This document shows positions 57,370-64,000 of a stretch of 64,000 nucleotides of DNA, in pieces. Position 1 is the stretch's first letter. Every line of letters begins with the position of its first letter. The position numbers and the translations under genes were made by a program. This DNA comes from an uncultured bacterium (GTDB taxonomy: Bacteria > Verrucomicrobiota > Verrucomicrobiia > CAIQCK01), in the NCBI GenBank assembly GCA_903870275.1, contig CAIQCK010000103.1:3819-67818 (forward strand), read 5' to 3'. The notes under the pieces are model-generated. The model was not told the DNA's origin. It worked only from the letters and a program-made list of their open reading frames with translations, and searched no databases.

Positions 57370-60300
57370 TCATTTGCGGAGGTTGGCGCGCAGCTCGGCG
57401 ATTCGGTCCTGGTAATATGCCTTCTCGACGCTGGAGAGGTTGGCCTCCAACTGGTCAATCTCAGCGAGTGACGGAAGGTGAGTTTCTGTATATGCCGGCC
57501 GGAAGAGGAACAGGTTCAATACTTGTTCCCTCAGATCATCGAAGTATTGTCCGTTGCGCTTCACCGTTCGCGGTGGCAGCAACATGACCATGCGTATCAC
57601 TTCGTTTCGAGCGTCCGTCTCGTCGCTTTCAATCAAGTATCTGCTCGCGGAATAACGAATCTTTGGATGATCGGCCGCAAGCTGTTTGATCGCAAAGACT
57701 TTGATCTCCTGCCCCTTGAGTCCATGAACCGCTTCATAGATGGCATCGCCGAAACAATTGTTTTTTCCGGGCTGCCCGCGAAGTAAAAGAGCCAGTTCGA
57801 GTTTGGCAAGGCCGTAGCCTGGATCGTGTTTGATAAGATACCGCAGCAAGGCCGCCTGAATCGTGCAGGCCCACCCGCCGTTGGAAGATGAATACAGGGC
57901 CTTTACCTCGTCGAGCAAGGCTGGTGAGCCATAACGCCCGATCACGAAGCTCATCTTGAAAAGGTCGCAAGACCGCTGACCACGCCACGAAAGAGCCGCA
58001 ACCCGAAAGGCCGCATCCAGTTCCGGTACAGGTTGCTCCGGAAGCGATGCCAGTCCTTTGAAAGCAAATCGCGGGTAGCCGCTGCGAATGTCCTCCAGCA
58101 AAAGTTTGCGCGCAGCGTCTGAACCCAGTTCGATCAGACGCTGCATAATGTCGTCGGCAATCGTGTGGCCGGCGTCTTGTTCGGGTTTGTCCGGCAGACG
58201 CAACATCGCTTCAAGCACGGGCTGGAATTGCTGGCAGCGCACGCGTGACCACATCTCATCGCCGAGCACGGCACGTTGTTCGTATTCCTGGAGTCCCGGG
58301 AATGCCTGTGCCAAAGCAAGGCGATCCTTCATCGAAGCACCCTCGCCAACGTTAAGATGATACCGAAGCGCCACACGGCTCTTGAGCGGGCGAAACTGCA
58401 TGGGTATGGACGAAACATCGTAACCGGGATCGCCGGACGGTGAACGTTGCGGCTCCTCGATGCTCACCGGTTTGGTTACCCGATTCTCCAGGCTGCGTTC
58501 GCCGCCTGTGCCGTCATAAGCGATGGTCAATGACCAGGTGTAGTTGGTTCCGTATTTGTCCACCCATTGGTCTGCAAACAGATACATCTCATGATTGTCG
58601 AAGTCTTTGAAGCGGTCAAAAGTATAGCCTCTGAAGCGGCCAAAAGTTTCGCAACTGTTCCAAGCCGGTATGTTTCTTTCGGCCTCGGCGCGCGTCATGC
58701 CCGCTTTGATCGAAGCCGCTTGTGCCATCCAAAGCTTCTTGTCCTCCGGCGAACGCATGACTTTGTTGACCTTGACCGGTGCCAGCACTCTTTCCTGATT
58801 GTTTGGAATCCCGAACTTCTCTCTTTTGGAAACGTCGTAAGTGACTATCACTCGCCAGTCTGCCGAGACGAAGTACTGTTCGGTCATAGAATAGAAGTCG
58901 CCCCACCCGCTCCCGCAAAAGTCATAACTGTTTGAAGCCGGAGGAATCCATCGCGGCAAGATCTTCTCCACCTCCGCCCGCGTCATGCCCACCTTCACCG
59001 TCGCGGCACGGGCTTGCCAATCTGTTAGAGTGTCTTTGTCCTCAACGCGCACTGCCGCGTCATCAGCGTTCATTAACACCACCCGCAAACCGCGGTTGCC
59101 AATGCGATTGGGAGGCGCGCCGCCGTTGCCGCGGCAACTCGACGTGAGAAAGGCGGGATCGCGCATAAACGCCCCGCCTCGCAACACATGGCCTGTGCCG
59201 GAAACCGGGCCTTGAGGGTCTACCGGGACATTGGACAGATGCGGCTCATACCAATCCCTGCACCACTCCCAAACATTGCCGTGCATGTCATAGAGGCCCC
59301 ACGCGTTCGGCTCCTTCAACCCGACCGGGTGGGGCCTGTTTCCCGAGTTGGATTCATACCAGGCGTACATGCCAAGGCGGGTTTCGTCGTCGCCGAAGGA
59401 GTACTTGGTGGTGCTGCCGGCGCGGCACGTGTATTCCCACTGCGCTTCGGTCGGCAGCAGCGCCTTCATGCCGGGCACTTTCTCGCTCAGCGTGGCCAGA
59501 AACGGCTGGCAATCGTCCCATCGGACATTCTCCACCGGATTCCTCGGGTCTTTGGTGGGGTGCGGATTGCCGCCCAAGACGGCCAGCCATTGCTCCCGTG
59601 TTACTTCGTATTTCCCCATGTAAAACGGCTGGGTGAGAACGACCCGGTGCTTTTCGTTTCCATCGCCCATCATGAACGAGCCGCCGGGGATGAGGACAAA
59701 CGCCATTGTCACACCGCCGCCCAGGTTCACGGTGAGGGTTCTTTGCGCTTTTCGTATATCGGGCTCGCGGCTGGCTTTCGCAATGTCCGGGTGCCGCAGG
59801 ATACGGCCCTTGCCGGTGACCTCGTTCACGTCAATCGAATGAAAGACCGTTTCGGCGCGATCACTGACCAGACCCAATGCTCGCTCGTTCGGAAGTTTCC
59901 ACAATCTCTGGCGGCTGGCGTCGCTGAAGTCGGTTTTCCATTCGTTCATCAATCGGCCATCAAGAAAGGCGCGTACGCCGTTCTTCCGCACTTGCAGGAC
60001 CGAAGAATAAACCCGGTTGTTCGCCAGAGAGTGAGGCGTCCACACCGTCAGGGGGTTGTTGTTCGCCGTCCTGCCCTTCACCATTTCGAAGCCGAAACAA
60101 CTGTTGCACCAATGCCCCATCACCCAAAGAGCGGGTCTTTCGTCCTGCGAGAACAATTGCCCAACCGGCTCTTCTCCTTCGGTGCGGGTAAAGACTATGC
60201 GAAAATCGTATTCCTCCGGCGGCTCGTAGGGAATTTGCAGCCGCGCTGCCTGCACATCATCCGCACAAACCAGAGCCTCATCTCGCATCCTCCACCTTCC

Positions 60301-63300
60301 CAGAACCGCGTCCTTGATTGGATCAATAAGCGGCAACAATTGGACTGATCCCGGCCACGCCGCAGCGCTAGTCAAGTGAGCGTCTGCGCTGCCTGGCTCG
60401 AAGATCGAACCGTCATCCACCAAACCGAGCGAGCGGACGACGGTGTCACTGCGCCCAAAAACTCCGACAATCGGCTTGCCCATCCCGGCAAGTTTGATGG
60501 TATCGCCAACGCTGTTCTTGCCGCCAAGCCAGCCGCTCTTGTATCCATCATGAGTATCCAGACCACCGCCGGCGCCTTGGATCTTCATGAATTCGATCTC
60601 AAAGCCGTTAAGAAACACAATCCCCATCCCATTGAGTCCGCCAACCGCGTAGCCGGGCTTGGCCTCCACCGTCTGCGTGGGTTCCTGCACCTCTCCCTGC
60701 ACGGCGCCTAGAAACTTTTTCATGCCCGCGCGGTAGATCGGTTGCAAGGATTTCACCACCCTTTGGTTCTTCTCCTCCCCGAAACTGACCTTGAAGCCGA
60801 CCAGGAACAATTGCGGTTGCGGTATTTCCAAAAAGGCAGCGCCGATGCCGCTGCCGAGTGAAGCGGGCAGTTTGAGCATCGTAGATGTTGGTTTTTGCGC
60901 AAATGCCGGCGCGGCCATCTCAGCGTCGTCAAGCCCCGATGTGAGCCGCTTTTGCAATTGCGTTTCAGCAGTCTCGCGACCGGCTTCCGCGATTCCCAAA
61001 TGCGGCACAACCCTGCCTTTGCTGGTGATTTCTAACAGCTGGATCTCTTGAAAAACGACACGGCTTAGGAAACTCCCCACGCCGAGGCAATTGTGGTCTG
61101 GAATGTCCCAATGGGGATGAAGAGTGCCATCCTTGAAGTCTGTGTTCCAAATCGAAATCAGCTCGTTATTCAGGTAAGCCTTCACGCCGTTCTTCCGAAC
61201 TCGCAATAGGGAAGTGTAAATCTGGCCGTTTTTAAGGAAGTCCTGTCGCTTGACAGTGGTTGCATTATGTTGTGAATCCTGGCCGTTGATGTGTTCGAAG
61301 CCAAAAACTTTGTTGTGATCTCCAGCCATTTGCCAGAGGGCGGCGCGTCCAACGTGAGTCACATATTGGGCAATGCAATCGTTGCCGGAGGTGCGGATAA
61401 AAACGATGCGGAAGTCGTATTCTTCAGGCGGCTCGTAAGGAATCATTAGCCTTTCGTGTTTGCCGCTCCCGGAAACGAGACTGTCTCCTTGGAATGTCCA
61501 CGCTCCCTTTACGGCATCCTTCACAGGATCAATCAGCGGCATGAGATTGACGGCGCGCGACCATGCGGCGTCGTTTTCAGGCAGAGTAGCCAGTGCCTCT
61601 AACGTAAAAGTCTGCTTGCCGCTGCCTTGATTTGAGACAACGGTTTTTGACGACAGCCAACCACACAACTTTTTATCGGCGGAGAGTTCGGGAAGCGAAC
61701 TGCCAGAAGGCTCGGAGATTGTGTGAAACGTGACGGTTTCGTAAGGTTTCTTTGCATAAGACACATTCAGGGGTGCATGAGAAGCGGGGAAAACTCGCCA
61801 AGTTTCGTGGGGTGGCGTGCCGAGCGTGTCGGCTACGTAAGCAACTGTATCTGTCGGCACTTCCGATTCAAATGACTCGCCGGATATGAACGTGCATCCC
61901 ATGAAATTGGAACCCTCTGCGCACCACATAACAGTAGGTGGCACCGCGCAGTCAACGAACTGACAGGAACTAATGGTATTCCACTTGCTGCGAAGTAATT
62001 TCATGTGGTCGAATGGCTTGTCCTTCAAGCGCCTGTGCGCGATTTCCGGAAATCGCATTGACACGAATGCACAATGGGTAAACTGGATCCCGAAATCCGT
62101 TCCTTTGAGTGACGGGAACGCAGATTTGTAGAACAGACAGGAATCCGCCACCCACTTGGAGGAATAATAGCTAAACCACGCACCCCGCTTTTCAAACTGG
62201 CATCGGTCAAAGACGGCCCATTTCGCCTTCAGACCGTGGGGGTTAAGATTCTGTCTGATCGTAACGCCTCGTAGTACCGCCGGTTTCTCCGGCGTGCCTT
62301 CGATCGCAAACTCCCCGTCCTTGTTCAGATAAATGTCACCGCCTCGAATTTCCACTCCCGGCGCCACTTTGATCTCTATGGCGTGCCGGATATTTTCCTT
62401 TACTGCGTAAGTGCCGTTCAACACATACGGCCTCGACGTGTCTGTGAACGCGTAGTCCTTCTCGATGTTCAGGGGAAGGTAAGACTCATTTTGCTTATCA
62501 GTTCGCCACGGCGACCACCACAACAGCCCCGCGAGCGCGAAGGCGACAGCCGCGAAGGCTGCGAACACCAACGGCGCCCGCTGGCGCGGAGGAGTTGCTG
62601 CCGCGCCCGCCGCACCGCCCGCGCTCTGGGTCGGTTGCGATGCCGTGATGGTTTCCACCCGCGTCTTGACCTCACTGATTTGCTGATAGCGGCGTTCGGG
62701 TTCCTTTTCCAGCGCGCGCAACACAACTTCGTCCAGCCGCACATCAATTTGCACTTTTCTCGATGGTGGTTCGATGGGTTTGCCGGGCAGTTCGCCGGTG
62801 AGCAGTTCGTAGAGCACCACGCCGAGCGAGTAGATGTCCGCGCGATGATCGGTAACGCGATGCGCCTTCTGTTCCGGGGCCATGTAGGCTGGCGTACCGC
62901 CGGGCTCGGATCGTGATGTGGGCACTCCTGCGCGCGCGTCATTGCTTTCACAAACAGAAATGTCCGTGCTACGGCCGAGCATTTTCGCGATGCCGAAGTC
63001 GGCAATCTTGACGCGACCGTCCTTGTCCAACAGCAGGTTCTCCGGCTTGACGTCGCGATGCACGATACCGTGCTCATGGGCGTATTGCAGCGCCTCGCAC
63101 ACGGGAGGGACAATGGCCAGCGCCTGTTCCGGCGTGAACCGCTCCGCCTTCATCGCCTGGCGCAGGTTCACGCCGTCCACGAACTCCATCAGCAGGTAGT
63201 AGAAGCCGCCGGCCTGGCCGAAGTCATAAACCGTGACGATGTTCGCATGATTCAGCATCGCGAGCGCCCGCGCTTCGTGAGCGAACCGCTCGGCAAATTG

Positions 63301-63609
63301 CGGATCGCCTACGCGTTCGGGGGCGAGCAGTTTGAGTGCGACGAGGCGGTCGAGGTTCTTCTGTCGCGCCTTATAGACCACGCCCATGCCGCCACGGCCA
63401 AGGTATTCGAGAATTTCCAGTTGCGGGAAGTGCGGCGCCAGCTCCAGTGGGGACAGGGCCTTGCGGGACGCGACAGGTTCCGCATCCGGCTTCGTCGGCG
63501 CCATCGCCTCCGCCATCAGACAGCGGGGGCAAAGACCCGCCGTGGACGCCACCGGCAAAACTGCGCCGCACTTCGGGCACGCATTTGTCGCTGAAGAGGG
63601 TTCGCTCAT
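57370..63609 (-). CDS. giant transmembrane Ser/Thr protein kinase with a lectin-like/FGE-sulfatase ectodomain (2079 aa)
   Basis: Start at MSEPSS (63609). Zn-ribbon CPKCG...CPRC. Kinase motifs GRGGMGVVYKA, ALK, HRDVKPEN, DFG and APE. One TM (PLVFAAFAAVAFALAGLLWW). FGE-sulfatase block (MGKYEVTREQW...AQWEYTCRAG...GLYDMHGNVWEWCRDWY...VLRGGAF). The 114 upstream codons in the ORF track overlap the sigma gene region and are not credible. Confidence 0.92.
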   Translation of the reverse strand: MSEPSSATNACPKCGAVLPVASTAGLCPRCLMAEAMAPTKPDAEPVASRKALSPLELAPHFPQLEILEYLGRGGMGVVYKARQKNLDRLVALKLLAPERVGDPQFAERFAHEARALAMLNHANIVTVYDFGQAGGFYYLLMEFVDGVNLRQAMKAERFTPEQALAIVPPVCEALQYAHEHGIVHRDVKPENLLLDKDGRVKIADFGIAKMLGRSTDISVCESNDARAGVPTSRSEPGGTPAYMAPEQKAHRVTDHRADIYSLGVVLYELLTGELPGKPIEPPSRKVQIDVRLDEVVLRALEKEPERRYQQISEVKTRVETITASQPTQSAGGAAGAAATPPRQRAPLVFAAFAAVAFALAGLLWWSPWRTDKQNESYLPLNIEKDYAFTDTSRPYVLNGTYAVKENIRHAIEIKVAPGVEIRGGDIYLNKDGEFAIEGTPEKPAVLRGVTIRQNLNPHGLKAKWAVFDRCQFEKRGAWFSYYSSKWVADSCLFYKSAFPSLKGTDFGIQFTHCAFVSMRFPEIAHRRLKDKPFDHMKLLRSKWNTISSCQFVDCAVPPTVMWCAEGSNFMGCTFISGESFESEVPTDTVAYVADTLGTPPHETWRVFPASHAPLNVSYAKKPYETVTFHTISEPSGSSLPELSADKKLCGWLSSKTVVSNQGSGKQTFTLEALATLPENDAAWSRAVNLMPLIDPVKDAVKGAWTFQGDSLVSGSGKHERLMIPYEPPEEYDFRIVFIRTSGNDCIAQYVTHVGRAALWQMAGDHNKVFGFEHINGQDSQHNATTVKRQDFLKNGQIYTSLLRVRKNGVKAYLNNELISIWNTDFKDGTLHPHWDIPDHNCLGVGSFLSRVVFQEIQLLEITSKGRVVPHLGIAEAGRETAETQLQKRLTSGLDDAEMAAPAFAQKPTSTMLKLPASLGSGIGAAFLEIPQPQLFLVGFKVSFGEEKNQRVVKSLQPIYRAGMKKFLGAVQGEVQEPTQTVEAKPGYAVGGLNGMGIVFLNGFEIEFMKIQGAGGGLDTHDGYKSGWLGGKNSVGDTIKLAGMGKPIVGVFGRSDTVVRSLGLVDDGSIFEPGSADAHLTSAAAWPGSVQLLPLIDPIKDAVLGRWRMRDEALVCADDVQAARLQIPYEPPEEYDFRIVFTRTEGEEPVGQLFSQDERPALWVMGHWCNSCFGFEMVKGRTANNNPLTVWTPHSLANNRVYSSVLQVRKNGVRAFLDGRLMNEWKTDFSDASRQRLWKLPNERALGLVSDRAETVFHSIDVNEVTGKGRILRHPDIAKASREPDIRKAQRTLTVNLGGGVTMAFVLIPGGSFMMGDGNEKHRVVLTQPFYMGKYEVTREQWLAVLGGNPHPTKDPRNPVENVRWDDCQPFLATLSEKVPGMKALLPTEAQWEYTCRAGSTTKYSFGDDETRLGMYAWYESNSGNRPHPVGLKEPNAWGLYDMHGNVWEWCRDWYEPHLSNVPVDPQGPVSGTGHVLRGGAFMRDPAFLTSSCRGNGGAPPNRIGNRGLRVVLMNADDAAVRVEDKDTLTDWQARAATVKVGMTRAEVEKILPRWIPPASNSYDFCGSGWGDFYSMTEQYFVSADWRVIVTYDVSKREKFGIPNNQERVLAPVKVNKVMRSPEDKKLWMAQAASIKAGMTRAEAERNIPAWNSCETFGRFRGYTFDRFKDFDNHEMYLFADQWVDKYGTNYTWSLTIAYDGTGGERSLENRVTKPVSIEEPQRSPSGDPGYDVSSIPMQFRPLKSRVALRYHLNVGEGASMKDRLALAQAFPGLQEYEQRAVLGDEMWSRVRCQQFQPVLEAMLRLPDKPEQDAGHTIADDIMQRLIELGSDAARKLLLEDIRSGYPRFAFKGLASLPEQPVPELDAAFRVAALSWRGQRSCDLFKMSFVIGRYGSPALLDEVKALYSSSNGGWACTIQAALLRYLIKHDPGYGLAKLELALLLRGQPGKNNCFGDAIYEAVHGLKGQEIKVFAIKQLAADHPKIRYSASRYLIESDETDARNEVIRMVMLLPPRTVKRNGQYFDDLREQVLNLFLFRPAYTETHLPSLAEIDQLEANLSSVEKAYYQDRIAELRANLRK

Positions 63610-63653
63610 GTCACTGTCCTGACGTGGAAACAGGGGTTGGTTACAAAGTTTTT

Positions 63654-64000
63654 TTAGCTTCCCAAGGCGGCAAACAAGACGCCCATCTCGGTCTCGACCT
63701 GACCGGGATCTCGCAGCGTGCCGGCAACCTCCGACCTCACCAACTGGCGGAACCGTTTCTTCATGCGATGCACCGCGACCTTCAGCGCGACAGGGTTCAG
63801 TCCGCAGCCAGCCGCCATCGCCGTCTGATCGCCATGTGCCGCATCGCCGGTAAGCCACGGCTTGATCTGCTCGAAGAAAGCCCCGCGCCCTTCCGATGCG
63901 CACTCCCGCTGCAACGCCTCCAAAGCGCGAGCCAGCACGGTTAGTGCCCATTGCCGGTCAAAGGCCGCGTCGGGAGTCAACGCCTTCGGGTCTGCCACCG
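63654..64000 (-). CDS. ECF-type RNA polymerase sigma factor, C-terminal part (5' end lies outside the window)
   Basis: Region-4-like HTH (GLNPVALKVAVHRMKKRFRQLV), preceded by FDRQWALTVLARALEAL. The reading frame is still open at the window edge. It lies 44 bp upstream of the kinase gene. Confidence 0.8.
   Translation of the reverse strand, partial: VADPKALTPDAAFDRQWALTVLARALEALQRECASEGRGAFFEQIKPWLTGDAAHGDQTAMAAGCGLNPVALKVAVHRMKKRFRQLVRSEVAGTLRDPGQVETEMGVLFAALGS

Noticed and set aside
59074-59739. The FGE-sulfatase (C-type lectin fold) domain as a diversity-generating retroelement target.
   Set aside because: There is no reverse transcriptase or accessory gene in the window, and I found no template-repeat copy of the domain's 3' end. 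The domain is internal rather than C-terminal.
63610-63951. 114-codon N-terminal extension of the kinase ORF (57370..63951).
   Set aside because: It overlaps the sigma-factor gene in another frame and is Arg/Gly-rich. A Zn-ribbon/kinase N-terminus begins cleanly at the ATG at 63609.

Overview
High-GC bacterial chromosomal segment (GC not computed, judged by eye). The gene content suggests the PVC superphylum (Verrucomicrobiota/Planctomycetota); this is an inference. It rests on a giant Ser/Thr kinase with an FGE-sulfatase module, exported WD40/HEAT proteins, an ECF sigma, an ankyrin protein, ExbB/ExbD without TonB, and weak Shine-Dalgarno usage. I support about 44 CDS, one tRNA-Val(CAC), one gene fragment and several repeat/regulatory elements. 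I saw no rRNA, CRISPR array, transposase or integrase. Layout: 0.1-9.4 kb holds a LemA pair, a membrane spermidine-synthase-like protein, DUF488, mutS, an AT-rich lipoprotein gene and an SGNH hydrolase. 9.4-10.3 kb is a CDS-poor segment with a strong promoter, GC-rich palindromes and helically phased short repeats. 10.3-23.3 kb holds envelope/glycosylation genes, MscS, FIST, a ClpX paralogue, TPR-ExbB-ExbD-ExbD and a small nucleotidyltransferase pair. 23.4-25.8 kb is fabG-acpP-fabF. 25.8-29.7 kb is an accessory patch: a GT2 gene bracketed by a 113-bp duplication of the fabF 3' end, REP-like hairpins, and an AT-rich ankyrin gene. 29.7-32.0 kb holds GT4/GT9 genes directly behind tRNA-Val. 32.1-43.6 kb is a six-gene two-component cluster that includes a 1542-aa kinase. 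43.9-50.6 kb is one secreted protein of about 2,200 aa with unknown function. 50.7-64.0 kb is a minus-strand cluster of ECF sigma, a 2079-aa transmembrane Ser/Thr kinase, HEAT, WD40 and WD40 genes. That cluster is my best candidate for an undescribed extracytoplasmic sensing system, followed by the giant secreted protein. Many long ORFs in the track are antisense or alternate-frame artefacts of high GC. All family names come from reading motifs, not from searches.
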